Shown here: positions 6,286-15,901 of the stretch, piece by piece
How positions within the stretch are numbered: the first letter of the stretch is position 1
Layout: each line of letters starts with the position of its first letter
Source of the DNA: an uncultured Bacilli bacterium
GTDB taxonomy: Bacteria > Bacillota_I > Bacilli_A > RF39 > UBA660
DNA length: 52,876 nt
NCBI GenBank assembly: GCA_947632495.1
Contig: CANRPL010000002.1
Location: forward strand, 1-52,876
Direction of reading: 5' to 3'
Program-made: the position numbers and the translations under genes
The notes under the pieces: generated by a model
Seen by the model: the letters and a program-made list of their open reading frames with translations, nothing else
What the model was told of the DNA's origin: nothing
Database searches by the model: none

Positions 6286-6648
6286 TTAAAAGGTCTCTAA
6301 TTTCTTCAAGTAAAACGATATCATCAGCTTTTTTCTCTTCTTCTTTTTCTTCTTATGTGTCAATTTATTCATAAATTTGATGAATAAGAAAATACATGCT
6401 GATACAATGATGAAATCGATAACATTTTGAATGAAAACGCCATACATTATTCTTGCATCACGGAATTTAAAAGAAAGTGAACTAAAATTAATACCACCTG
6501 TTGCAAGACCAATTAATGGCATTAATATATTATCAACTAGCGAAGTAACAATTTTTCCAAAAGCACTACCCATAATAACGCCGACAGCAAGATCAACAAC
6601 ATTGCCACGAGCTATAAATGTTTTAAATTCTTCTAACATCTTCTTCAT
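6286..6648 (-). CDS. mscL: Large-conductance mechanosensitive channel MscL; the C-terminal region is frameshifted relative to the conserved sequence
   Basis: [27 protein letters not shown]... is a canonical MscL N-terminus. After ...KLTHK the open frame reads [21 protein letters not shown]. The adjacent frame encodes [27 protein letters not shown] and stops at 6269-6271, just before the terminator. Confidence 0.85.
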   Translation of the reverse strand: MKKMLEEFKTFIARGNVVDLAVGVIMGSAFGKIVTSLVDNILMPLIGLATGGINFSSLSFKFRDARIMYGVFIQNVIDFIIVSACIFLFIKFMNKLTHKKKKKKRKKLMISFYLKKLETF

Positions 6649-6688
6649 ACAACATACCTCCTAAATACCATTTTATCAAAAATAAAAT

Positions 6689-7642
6689 TTATTGCAATTC
6701 ATTATAGTTAAGCAATCTTAAAAAACGTTCAAATTTTTCACTAATATTAGTTAAATATTCTTTACCTCTTACATTTTCTAACCAATCTTTAGGAGCATTA
6801 TTAGTTCCATAATAGATACCTGCAATAGCACCCGCTAATGCCCCAATAGCGGCTGTATCATCACCAATATTAGTTGTCGCTATAATACAATCTTTAAAGT
6901 TTTCCGACTTTATAAAGCACCATAGGACAGTTTCTAAAGTATCGACAACATAACTTGTCGATTTAATTTCATCAATATCCAATTCATAGATATTACCGAC
7001 AAGGATACGTGAAAAATATTTTAACGTTTGATTGGTAAACATACTAAAATCAATTTTCTTTAATTTTTTTATGGCTGCATATTTATTATTACCATTAAGG
7101 ATAAACATTACATAATTGACATAAATGTAACAAGCACATATCGCTATTTCATGACGATGGGTTATGGAACATGTCTTTTTTATTATCTCATATGCATTTT
7201 CTTTAGTGACTTTATTGGCCGTAAAATAATAAGCTAATGGTAGCATCATTTTAAGAGCGCTATTACCATTATCATAGATAGAACTTTCGCCACATTCATA
7301 TGCTGGTAATTGCCTTTGCGTAAAACGAACTAATGATTTTAAAGTTGTCTTACCGATATCAAATGATTGTTTAACGGAACAAAATTTATTACTCGTAAAC
7401 CAACTAACACAATTTTCAGCAATATAATCGTAATCTATTCCCTTTTTAGTTATCGCATAGGTTGTTGCGATAAGCAAAGAAGTACTATCTCCCCATGCTC
7501 CTTTAGGTAACCCTTTTTTTAGACAAGGAGTCATTTTTAAAACAGGATGTTCTAATAGATCATCTCTTCTTTGATTTTTAGTGATGGTTCCTAAGGCATC
7601 ACCAATAGCGCATCCAATGATGCCTTCTTTAACTCGATACAT
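6689..7642 (-). CDS. ADP-ribosylglycohydrolase family protein
   Basis: N-terminal GCAIGDALG and C-terminal DDTAAIGALAGAIAGIYYG motifs are characteristic of the family. Confidence 0.8.
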   Translation of the reverse strand: MYRVKEGIIGCAIGDALGTITKNQRRDDLLEHPVLKMTPCLKKGLPKGAWGDSTSLLIATTYAITKKGIDYDYIAENCVSWFTSNKFCSVKQSFDIGKTTLKSLVRFTQRQLPAYECGESSIYDNGNSALKMMLPLAYYFTANKVTKENAYEIIKKTCSITHRHEIAICACYIYVNYVMFILNGNNKYAAIKKLKKIDFSMFTNQTLKYFSRILVGNIYELDIDEIKSTSYVVDTLETVLWCFIKSENFKDCIIATTNIGDDTAAIGALAGAIAGIYYGTNNAPKDWLENVRGKEYLTNISEKFERFLRLLNYNELQ

Positions 7643-7721
7643 ATTATCACTCTTATTTCTAAATCTATTTTAATACTTTTAGTTAATATTAGTCAACAAA
7701 AAAGCAGGAATAAACCCGCTC

Positions 7722-8453
7722 TTATTTCTTTTTCTCAACGCTAGTAAAAATATAATTGCCATCAGAATTTTTAGTAAATGTAAATGTATACTTACTAAAT
7801 TTATCTTCATTTTCATCAGTAATAACATATGATTGTTCTGGCTCTAGATCAGCGACAACATCGACTTTATTAACATCAGCATAAGCTTTATTACCAGATA
7901 TTAAACCTACGTAGACAGTTGCATAGTAAGTATTATCATTATATTCAATTTTATCGATTTCGGAAACAATGCGTTCTGTAGGAACAACACATGATTCATC
8001 AACGTAATACTTACTTTGTGTAGCATCATAGATAAAGGTAGGACATTCACCAATTGTATCAACATGCTTAATACCTACAGCTCCAAAAGTAGCTGCCACA
8101 GCACTTTCAACATCACTTATATTCATGTATGAACTTACATTAACAATGTTACGATTTTTTAAAGCTTCAATTTCTTGAGCCGTTAAATCGATATTGTTTT
8201 CCATATCAAAACTTGCACGTAAACCATATAGTAAGTAATCATCATTTGTTAAATCAGCTGTCGCAAATTTATCTTTTTTAAATAATTCAATTGATTTTGG
8301 TAGTGATTCTATCGTTGCTACATGTCCAGTAATTATACTTATAATATTTTCATCTTCTACTTTAGTTAATTGTACTTCTTCTTCCTTTTTGCCACAGGCA
8401 GTAACAACAACTAAAGCCATAATAACTAATAGTAAACCTCTTAATTTTTTCAT
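7722..8453 (-). CDS. Lipoprotein of unknown function
   Basis: Signal peptide with lipobox LVVVTAC. Confidence 0.6.
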   Translation of the reverse strand: MKKLRGLLLVIMALVVVTACGKKEEEVQLTKVEDENIISIITGHVATIESLPKSIELFKKDKFATADLTNDDYLLYGLRASFDMENNIDLTAQEIEALKNRNIVNVSSYMNISDVESAVAATFGAVGIKHVDTIGECPTFIYDATQSKYYVDESCVVPTERIVSEIDKIEYNDNTYYATVYVGLISGNKAYADVNKVDVVADLEPEQSYVITDENEDKFSKYTFTFTKNSDGNYIFTSVEKKK

Positions 8454-8575
8454 TTTAACCTCTCCTTATTTTACATATCTATCATAGCACAAACTTTATA
8501 TAAAAGCAAATACTTTTACTGGATTAACACTAGATATTATTTTAAAATAATGTTATAGTATATGCGGTGATTGTG

Positions 8576-9022
8576 ATGCCTAATAAATTTGTTATTTTAG
8601 AATTAATTCCTACTAATACATATGAAAAAGGTGGTAAAGTCGTCCAAATATCAGCTCTTAAAATAGAAAAGACTAAAATTGTGGATCGCTTTGACTATCG
8701 TCTTGTCGATGAAGTCCTACCCTTTCCTGAAATAAAAAAATTTATCAATTATGATAATGATAAGTTTAATTACGTAAAGTCAGACAAACAATTATGGTCT
8801 TCATTTAAAAAATTTACTAAATCTTTACCTATTATGATTTTAGATGATGTATATACACCTAATTATCTATGTGACTTTAATAATGAGCTTCTTTTCTTAT
8901 TTAAGTTTTTAAAGATGGAATATAGTAAAGATATTGTTGATGAAATGATGCATAAATATCATTTAGAATCAACTAATTATATTGTCGATTTAATGTATGA
9001 AGCGTTAATGATGGAAAATTAA
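8576..9022 (+). CDS. Hypothetical protein
   Basis: Long ORF with GGTGA before ATG 8576 (the track start 8567 is GTG). No family recognised with confidence. Confidence 0.45.
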   Translation: MPNKFVILELIPTNTYEKGGKVVQISALKIEKTKIVDRFDYRLVDEVLPFPEIKKFINYDNDKFNYVKSDKQLWSSFKKFTKSLPIMILDDVYTPNYLCDFNNELLFLFKFLKMEYSKDIVDEMMHKYHLESTNYIVDLMYEALMMEN

Positions 9023-9032
9023 AAGGATGAAT

Positions 9033-9989
9033 TTAATCATCCTTTTTTTCTGCTTCTTCCAACATATTGGTAATTAGTATCCCGTATCCTCTTAAAGGAT
9101 CATCTACTACTACATGTGTTACGGCTCCAACAATATAGTTATCTTGAATTATTGGAGAACCACTCATACCTTGAACTATTCCCCCTACTTCAAGCAATCT
9201 AGTATCGGTTACTTTAAACATAATGTTTTTAATATTCTTTTTTTTATCAATTTTTAATATTTCAATTTCATATTTTTTAACGACATTATCTTTTAATTCA
9301 GTCAACATATATGCTTTGCCTAATTTAATATCATCTTTAGTTCCTACTTTATATAATTTTGTTTCATCTATTTCTTCCTGATAATCACCAAATAATCCTT
9401 TATTAGTATTTGTATCTATATCGCCCATGATAGTATTATTATCGATGGAGGCGTTTTTTTCTCCTGGATTACCATTGTCACTTCTTTTGATATTGATGAT
9501 TTTTGATTCATATATGTTTCCACCATTACTTTCAAGAATAATTCCGCTGGTTGAATCGATTATTTCATGTCCTAAAGCACCAAAGACTTTACTTTGCGGA
9601 TCAATGAAAGTTAAAGTACCAATACCCGCTATTGTGTCTTTTAAATATAAACCGGTTTTACCATCTTCATTTATATTTAATTTTGTTTTACTTTCATAAC
9701 CATCTCTAATGTAACCTATTGTAACAGATTTTCCTCTGTTATTAGAGATAATCTTTGTAAAACTGTCGATATTAATATTATTGTTATTATTGATAGATGT
9801 AATGATATCCCCTTTTTTTAGCTGTGTATTACTATCATCATACTTACCAATTACAATAATACCTTTGGTTTTTAACTTGATACCAATATTTTCACCACTC
9901 GCTATAACATATTCGGAATAGGCATAAGTATAACATGGTATAACTAAAAGAAGCATTAATAAAAAAATAGGTTTAATATGCTTAAACAT
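9033..9989 (-). CDS. spoIVB: SpoIVB peptidase (S55 family, PDZ plus serine protease)
   Basis: PDZ-like GIKLKTKGIIVIG...KKGDIITSIN, catalytic region GALGHEI, and GMSGSPIIQDNYIVGAVTHV. The likely start is MFKHIK (AAAGGAGA upstream); the track extends to 10046. Confidence 0.85.
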   Translation of the reverse strand: MFKHIKPIFLLMLLLVIPCYTYAYSEYVIASGENIGIKLKTKGIIVIGKYDDSNTQLKKGDIITSINNNNNINIDSFTKIISNNRGKSVTIGYIRDGYESKTKLNINEDGKTGLYLKDTIAGIGTLTFIDPQSKVFGALGHEIIDSTSGIILESNGGNIYESKIINIKRSDNGNPGEKNASIDNNTIMGDIDTNTNKGLFGDYQEEIDETKLYKVGTKDDIKLGKAYMLTELKDNVVKKYEIEILKIDKKKNIKNIMFKVTDTRLLEVGGIVQGMSGSPIIQDNYIVGAVTHVVVDDPLRGYGILITNMLEEAEKKDD

Positions 9990-10064
9990 AATTCTCCTTT
10001 TATAGGTTACATCATTAGTATGAATATCATTAACTTTTTTATACAAACTAAAAAAAATGAAAAA

Positions 10065-11549
10065 TTATTTTTTTTCATTTTTTACTAATTTTGCTTGAAT
10101 AACGATACGATTTCCCTTAAAGTCTTTACAAGTTGATAAAGTTAAAAATTTATCATTAATAGACACACTAGTATTAAAATTATAAATACTGCGAGACTTC
10201 ATTTTTTCAACCCATTTCTTAAAAGCGTCTTCACTTTCAAAATTATGGGTTAGATAATAAGCTTCGGCTTTAATGGTATAAATAGAAAAAATTTTCCATA
10301 ACGTATTGTTAGTTGGGGTTGCAAGTTTAATAATTTGATTTTCTTCATTTTTATACCAATCAGCTTTTAGTGTTTTAGAAAGACTAGCAAACATTACTTG
10401 TTCCGTTCTTCCATGACCATAAATAACGGTATTCTTTTTAAAATTTTTAAAATCAGAGCGATAATCACCAAAAATCCACCCGGCAACGTTTGACTTACGA
10501 TTAAATGAATGATTTAAGTAAAAACTATTATTAGTAGTTTGAACAACAGGATAGTTAACATTAGTATTATTAACGAAAATCCACGCAACTGTATCTTTAT
10601 TTTTAGATTTTAAGGAATTAAAGTTAACATTTATCATTGGGATATCAATATAATTCCAATAATCAGCTCCATATTTTTTACCTTTTTTAACAGTTGGAGT
10701 CTTATTATCATCCGCTACAGTATAGGTTTCTTCTGGTTCAGGTTCTGGTTCGGGAGCTGGTGTTGGAGTTGGGGCTGGCTGTTCAACTAATTCTTCAGGC
10801 TCTACAATTGCTTCTTCAATGATATTATCGATTTCTTCCTGTGTCTCATCACCTGTCTTTTTCCACTCTTGTAACATATTAAGACAACTGATAAAACCGA
10901 CCACAGCGACAACCATGATGACCATATAGACATTTAAAACACGGTTATTAAACAAGAAGTCAATTGGTGAACGGCGGTGAGCTTTATTAGAATTTCGGAT
11001 ACTCTCATAGACGATATCTTTATTACTTGTATTATCTAACCAGTTTTGAGATAAGAAGACATCATTTTCACTTTCTTCATCAGTACGTAGCAATTGACCT
11101 AAAGTTGTATGACGTACTTTACCATTTAACTTTTTAATCGTATTGGTAACTTCATACATCGCCTGTTTATTAAAGATTAATTTAGCATCATCAGATGTCA
11201 TTTGACGAATATATGGATCATTCATTACTTTTTCAAATTGATAAATTAATTCTAATATTTCATCAGAATCGGCAATTTCACCAGTCAGAATTTTATAATT
11301 AATACTATTAGTAAAAGTATCTAATAATATTTTCATATTAAAGACTGAAGCACATTGATACTGTGGAAAAAGATGAACTAATTTTTCTAAAGATACGTAT
11401 GTTAAATGATTATGAGCATGGTTCTCTTTAAGATAAATGATTTTTTTACTATTAACATCAACGAAAAAAGCAAAGGCTTTACCAGCAATATTAATGGTTT
11501 TGATTATGACACAAACTTGTTTTTGATAGATAATTGCTTTCTTCATCAT
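10065..11549 (-). CDS. srtB: Class B sortase with an extra N-terminal cytoplasmic domain of about 200 aa, a TM helix and a Pro-rich linker
   Basis: The C-terminal roughly 200 aa carry the sortase B pattern (VIYGHG..., LTLSTC catalytic Cys). The TM helix is VYMVIMVVAVVGFISCL and the linker is PAPTPTPAPEPEPEPE. Confidence 0.8.
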   Translation of the reverse strand: MMKKAIIYQKQVCVIIKTINIAGKAFAFFVDVNSKKIIYLKENHAHNHLTYVSLEKLVHLFPQYQCASVFNMKILLDTFTNSINYKILTGEIADSDEILELIYQFEKVMNDPYIRQMTSDDAKLIFNKQAMYEVTNTIKKLNGKVRHTTLGQLLRTDEESENDVFLSQNWLDNTSNKDIVYESIRNSNKAHRRSPIDFLFNNRVLNVYMVIMVVAVVGFISCLNMLQEWKKTGDETQEEIDNIIEEAIVEPEELVEQPAPTPTPAPEPEPEPEETYTVADDNKTPTVKKGKKYGADYWNYIDIPMINVNFNSLKSKNKDTVAWIFVNNTNVNYPVVQTTNNSFYLNHSFNRKSNVAGWIFGDYRSDFKNFKKNTVIYGHGRTEQVMFASLSKTLKADWYKNEENQIIKLATPTNNTLWKIFSIYTIKAEAYYLTHNFESEDAFKKWVEKMKSRSIYNFNTSVSINDKFLTLSTCKDFKGNRIVIQAKLVKNEKK

Positions 11550-11593
11550 ATCGCCTCTCTATTATTAATTGTATCATAATTTATAACTAAAAA

Positions 11594-11611
11594 AAAGAGC
11601 TTTAGCTCTTT
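11594..11611 (-). terminator. Intrinsic terminator after the adhesin gene
   Basis: AAAGAGC/GCTCTTT stem followed on the minus strand by a T-run. Confidence 0.65.
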
Positions 11612-11615
11612 CTTA

Positions 11616-13406
11616 TTAGGCATTTTGTTTATTTAGTTTGAAAATACTAAATCCAGCTAAACCAAAAGTGGCAATTAAACCGGCAACAACTAATGTAACA
11701 TTCATACCAGCGGTATTAGGTATTGGTGAGTTATACATAACAACTACTTTTTCAATACCACCATCAGCTGTTACTTCAAACTCAATAACATCATCACTGA
11801 TACCATATCCTTTTGGAGATTGAGTTTCAATTAATTGGTATTTACCAGCTTTTAAATCAGCTAGATAATGAGGTTCGGTTGTTGAGATCCATTCATCAAC
11901 AACATTTCCTTCGGCATCCTTAACAACTAATTTAGCACCAGGAACCTCTTTTTCATTTGTGATATCACGTTTACTTATTTTTATTAATGTATTATCAGGA
12001 ATTGGTGAGTTATACATAACAACTGGTTTTTCAACGCCACCATCACTTTCAACAACAAAGCTTACTGTTGATGAAGATACTAAGTAACCTTCAGGAGCAA
12101 CTGTTTCAGATAAAGTATATTTACCTGGAGTTAATGTTGCGATATAGTGTGGTGTTGTAGTTGAATCCCATTCATCAACAACTTGACCTAAAGCATTTTT
12201 AAGAACTAGATGAGCACCAGGAAGTTCAGCTTTAGTTGTAATATCTTGTTTGCTAATCTTTACTTTAGATGGTGTTTTAGTGTTTTCCATCTTTACTTCA
12301 ACAGTTTGACCAGCTTTTACGGTAACATTAATATCAGATGCTTTATAGTAACCAGCAGGTGCAGACTCTTCAATAACGGTATATACACCAATTGGTAAGT
12401 TATTTAATACATGTGGGTTAGTATCCGTTGTCCATGTTCCAACAACAGTACCAGCAGAGTTTTTAACGGTAATTTTAGCACCAGCTAAATTAGCACCATT
12501 TGCCGTGGCATCAACTTTTACGACACGTAAATTACCAGTAGCAGATAATGTTAAATTAGTAGATGTTGAGATATTAGATGTATTATTATACATTAAACCA
12601 ATATTTTGATAACTTGAGCTACCGCTTGTATAACGATAAATCTTTTGTGAATTACCGACAGCAGAAGCTTTTACTTGAATATTCATATTAGCCGTAACTT
12701 TGCTAGCAGGAATACTTACTTTAAATGATTTTCCTGGAGCAATCTTAGTATTATTTGTTTTCTCTGCACCATCAACAACGATACGAGCATCAGCAGGAAC
12801 GTTAACTAAAGTAATTGTAGCAGTAGAATAATTAGATCCACCAAGCTTAATATCATTACTTACATAATTTTTACCATCACTAGATAAAGCCATAGCGTTA
12901 CCAGCAATAGCTAAAGAAATCTTTGGAGTACCTAGTGTAGCTTTAGCAGCAGCATTATATAAAGCTAAAGCTTGACTACCAATACGTCCAGTAGAATTCA
13001 AAGCTGATGTTTTTAATGATCCTTGAGCTAACCAAATAGCTAATTGTGTAATGTAGTATTTTTCATCATTAGTGTAACCAGATTTTAAAATACTTGAATT
13101 CCAAGAACCACCATAACCATTATTTAAAATATATACTAGACTTGGAGTTGTAAGCTCTTTATCTAACTTTAATTTTGAACCTTCAGCAGGTGCAGCTAAT
13201 ACCTTGTTAAGGCAAAAGCCAATTCTTGTACCAGCAGATGTATCAACATATTTGTAGGAAGTAGTTGATCCACTGTATTGGTCAACGCCACTTAAATTAC
13301 GTTTGTGGAATGTAATTGTGCTATCAACAGCGTTTACATTTTGTAATCCAAGAAGTAAGAAAGCGGCAACAATAAATAAACTAAAATACTTTTTTATGTT
13401 TTTCAT
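11616..13406 (-). CDS. Cell-wall-anchored surface adhesin: signal peptide, thioester (TQXA) domain, SpaA/CnaB-type domains, and an IPNTAG-type sorting signal
   Basis: Cys motif GFCLN and Gln motif ITQLAIW (TQXA). Repeated V.K.D...L.GA...V....G.Y.L.E..AP.GY units. C-terminus SPIPNTAG, then a hydrophobic helix, then KLNKQNA. GGAGGAG sits before ATG 13406. Confidence 0.8.
   Translation of the reverse strand: MKNIKKYFSLFIVAAFLLLGLQNVNAVDSTITFHKRNLSGVDQYSGSTTSYKYVDTSAGTRIGFCLNKVLAAPAEGSKLKLDKELTTPSLVYILNNGYGGSWNSSILKSGYTNDEKYYITQLAIWLAQGSLKTSALNSTGRIGSQALALYNAAAKATLGTPKISLAIAGNAMALSSDGKNYVSNDIKLGGSNYSTATITLVNVPADARIVVDGAEKTNNTKIAPGKSFKVSIPASKVTANMNIQVKASAVGNSQKIYRYTSGSSSYQNIGLMYNNTSNISTSTNLTLSATGNLRVVKVDATANGANLAGAKITVKNSAGTVVGTWTTDTNPHVLNNLPIGVYTVIEESAPAGYYKASDINVTVKAGQTVEVKMENTKTPSKVKISKQDITTKAELPGAHLVLKNALGQVVDEWDSTTTPHYIATLTPGKYTLSETVAPEGYLVSSSTVSFVVESDGGVEKPVVMYNSPIPDNTLIKISKRDITNEKEVPGAKLVVKDAEGNVVDEWISTTEPHYLADLKAGKYQLIETQSPKGYGISDDVIEFEVTADGGIEKVVVMYNSPIPNTAGMNVTLVVAGLIATFGLAGFSIFKLNKQNA
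11722..12279 (-). repeat. Two diverged tandem 279-bp units encoding SpaA/CnaB-type domains
   Basis: ATTGGTGAGTTATACATAACAACT occurs at 11722 and again at 12001. The flanking sequence is colinear and similar. Confidence 0.6.
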
Positions 13407-13482
13407 TTCATTCTCCTCCATACTACTATAACGATAATATCACAAAAGCATTTTATTGTCAATGAAATATCCCCCTGATTAA

Positions 13483-13710
13483 TTATTCCTCAACTGTAAA
13501 ATTCTCTAATTCACCATTCTCTTTAACAATCTTATTTACCTGTTCCTCAATATTTTTTAATTTATCATCACACTCTTTAACAAGTTTCATGGCTTTAGTA
13601 TATTTTTCAATAGATGCCTCTAAATCGATATCACCAGATTCTAACTCATTAATTATGGTTTCTAGTTCTTTAATTTTATCTTCAAATTTAGTTTCTTTTT
13701 CTTTAGCCAT
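13483..13710 (-). CDS. xseB: Exodeoxyribonuclease VII small subunit
   Basis: 75-aa acidic coiled-coil protein (ELETIINELESGDIDLEASIEKY) that overlaps the xseA stop. Confidence 0.85.
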   Translation of the reverse strand: MAKEKETKFEDKIKELETIINELESGDIDLEASIEKYTKAMKLVKECDDKLKNIEEQVNKIVKENGELENFTVEE

Positions 13711-14986
13711 TGTAAACCTCCTTTACAATCTCGATAACTTTTGATTCAACATAACCATCGACAAGTCTAATTTTAACAAGATCATCCTTTTTAACTTTTT
13801 TAATACTACCGATAACTTTATTACTTTGGTTATAGGTAACACTATATCCCCTTTTAAGGACATGTAGGGGATTGACAAGCTCTAATTTATCAAGTAAATT
13901 AGCTAAATTAGTAACATAATCGCTATATAATTCTTTAGGATTATTTAAAAGATAATTACTTTTTAAATGATTAATCTTTTGACGATATATTTTGGTTTTA
14001 TTTAAAATATTAATATTTAATTTATCAACTAAAATATCAAGTTTCTGTTTACGATTATCAAACATAATCATTGGACTTTTTAATATGTAAGACGATTTAA
14101 TTGAATCTAGCCTTAATTTTTGATAATTAACTTGTTTAATCATCGCTTCTTTACTACGAATACTTAACTGATTAATATATTTTGATAAATCTGTTAGATT
14201 AGGCACCGCCATTTCAGCAGCTCCCGTAGGTGTTGGTGCTCTTAAATCAGCAACAAAATCGGCAATCGTAAAATCAATTTCATGACCGACAGCGCTGATA
14301 ATTGGTATTCTAGAGGCAAAGATAGCACGTGCTACTTTTTCTTCATTAAAAGACCATAAATCTTCAATTGAACCTCCTCCACGTCCAACAATTAAGACAT
14401 CAAGATCATACGTATTAGCTAATTCGATATTACGAACAATATCATCAGCAGCATATTCACCTTGAACAAGACATGGAAATAATAGCGTTTGACAGATAGG
14501 ATATCGTCTTTTAATCGTCGATAAGATATCTCTAATAGCGGCTCCCGTTGGCGCGGTAACAATACCGATACGATTAGGATACTTAGGTATGGGCTTTTTA
14601 TATTTTTGATCAAAAAGTCCCTCTTTTTCTAAATCAGCTTTTAATTTTTCAAAAGCTAAATATAAATTACCGACACCATCTTCTTGCATATCATCGACAT
14701 ATATCTGATAACTACCTGTTGCTTCATAAATACTGATACGGCCAGTTACTAAAACCTTTTTTCCATCGGCCGGAACAAATTTTAGCTTTTTAGCGTTACT
14801 AGCAAACATAATGGCATTAATACGACTGTTTTCATCTTTTAAAGAAAAATATAAGTGACCGGTTGTATGACCTTTAAAATTAGATATTTCCCCTTTTAAA
14901 AAGACCGTTCGCAAATGCTCATTACGATCAAATTGATCTTTTAAGTAACGATTAATAACGGAAACGGTTAAATACTTATTATTCAT
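13703..14986 (-). CDS. xseA: Exodeoxyribonuclease VII large subunit
   Basis: OB-fold N-terminus (VFLKGEISNFKGHTTGHLYFSLKD) and GRGGGSIEDLW motif. AAGGTGG sits before ATG 14986; the track extends to 15025. Confidence 0.9.
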   Translation of the reverse strand: MNNKYLTVSVINRYLKDQFDRNEHLRTVFLKGEISNFKGHTTGHLYFSLKDENSRINAIMFASNAKKLKFVPADGKKVLVTGRISIYEATGSYQIYVDDMQEDGVGNLYLAFEKLKADLEKEGLFDQKYKKPIPKYPNRIGIVTAPTGAAIRDILSTIKRRYPICQTLLFPCLVQGEYAADDIVRNIELANTYDLDVLIVGRGGGSIEDLWSFNEEKVARAIFASRIPIISAVGHEIDFTIADFVADLRAPTPTGAAEMAVPNLTDLSKYINQLSIRSKEAMIKQVNYQKLRLDSIKSSYILKSPMIMFDNRKQKLDILVDKLNINILNKTKIYRQKINHLKSNYLLNNPKELYSDYVTNLANLLDKLELVNPLHVLKRGYSVTYNQSNKVIGSIKKVKKDDLVKIRLVDGYVESKVIEIVKEVYNG

Positions 14987-15392
14987 TGTCCACCTTTTCA
15001 TGATATAACTTATCAAGTACACCATTGATCATTATACGAACATCATCATCACTATATAGTTTAGCTAAATCGATAGCTTCGTTAATAGCGACTACTTCTG
15101 GTGTATCAGTATAAAGAAGTTCATAGATACCGAGACGTAAAATAGCTTGATCAGTAAATCCCAAACGGTCGATAGTCCACTTATTTAAATATTTATTAGC
15201 TAACTCGTTAATTTTATTGATATTAGTTAAAACACCATAGACAGCATCCTTAACAAAATCATTATCTATTTCAAGCACTTCGCTTATTATATCATCGACA
15301 TTATAATCAATCTTATTACTATTATAAACATTTATTTGATATAGGATAGTCATGATTTTTTTTCTCAATTCGCTTCGTGTCATATGCTTCAT
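14979..15392 (-). CDS. nusB: Transcription antitermination factor NusB
   Basis: TRSELRKKIMTILYQ...DRLGFTDQAILRLGIYELLY...INEAIDLAKLY is the NusB pattern. The start is either MKHM (15392) or MTRS (15383). Confidence 0.88.
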   Translation of the reverse strand: MKHMTRSELRKKIMTILYQINVYNSNKIDYNVDDIISEVLEIDNDFVKDAVYGVLTNINKINELANKYLNKWTIDRLGFTDQAILRLGIYELLYTDTPEVVAINEAIDLAKLYSDDDVRIMINGVLDKLYHEKVDNE

Positions 15393-15448
15393 TATCTCAC
15401 CTATAAATATTTTATCACAATATAAAAAAAATGAGAATAAAATTCTCA

Positions 15449-15844
15449 CTATTTTAAGATAGCATTTAGGCTATTGCGAATACTTTCAAGTTCAACAAAT
15501 TTTTTATTATGAATCTTTCTATCGCGAGCTAATGTCTTAATTAATTTATATACCATCATAATGAATGCTAAAACGATAAAAACAGTTCCTAAAAAATAAT
15601 CATCAGTTATAAGAAGGTATATACCGACACATAGTAAAGTAAATGATAGAAAAACAGTAATTAGAATAATCATATTATTTTGATATTCATTTTCTAAAGT
15701 TGTAAGTTTAAGCTTTAAATAATCAATTTGTTCCTCTTTCGTCATATCTAGTTTTTCCATTGTTTCGACAATATTATTATAAACAATTTCGTTTTTGTTC
15801 TTTTCATCGCCACTGACAGCGATATTTAAAATATCTTTTTCCAT
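15449..15844 (-). CDS. Hypothetical membrane protein
   Basis: 131-aa ORF with two adjacent TM helices; same strand and tightly packed with nusB. Confidence 0.5.
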   Translation of the reverse strand: MEKDILNIAVSGDEKNKNEIVYNNIVETMEKLDMTKEEQIDYLKLKLTTLENEYQNNMIILITVFLSFTLLCVGIYLLITDDYFLGTVFIVLAFIMMVYKLIKTLARDRKIHNKKFVELESIRNSLNAILK

Positions 15845-15901
15845 TGTTCATCCCCCAATAAATTATCATTATTCTATCATAAATTATTTAAATTGTATAG
15901 A

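Noticed and set aside
15393-15449. N-terminal extensions of several track ORFs: nusB, xseA, smc, spoIVB, the TetR gene, the CDF gene, def, the Cof gene, rep, the adhesin, and 24847-25620.
   Set aside because: The extensions start at weak or alternative codons without an RBS, overlap upstream genes and add non-homologous residues. Internal ATGs with Shine-Dalgarno sequences match family N-termini.
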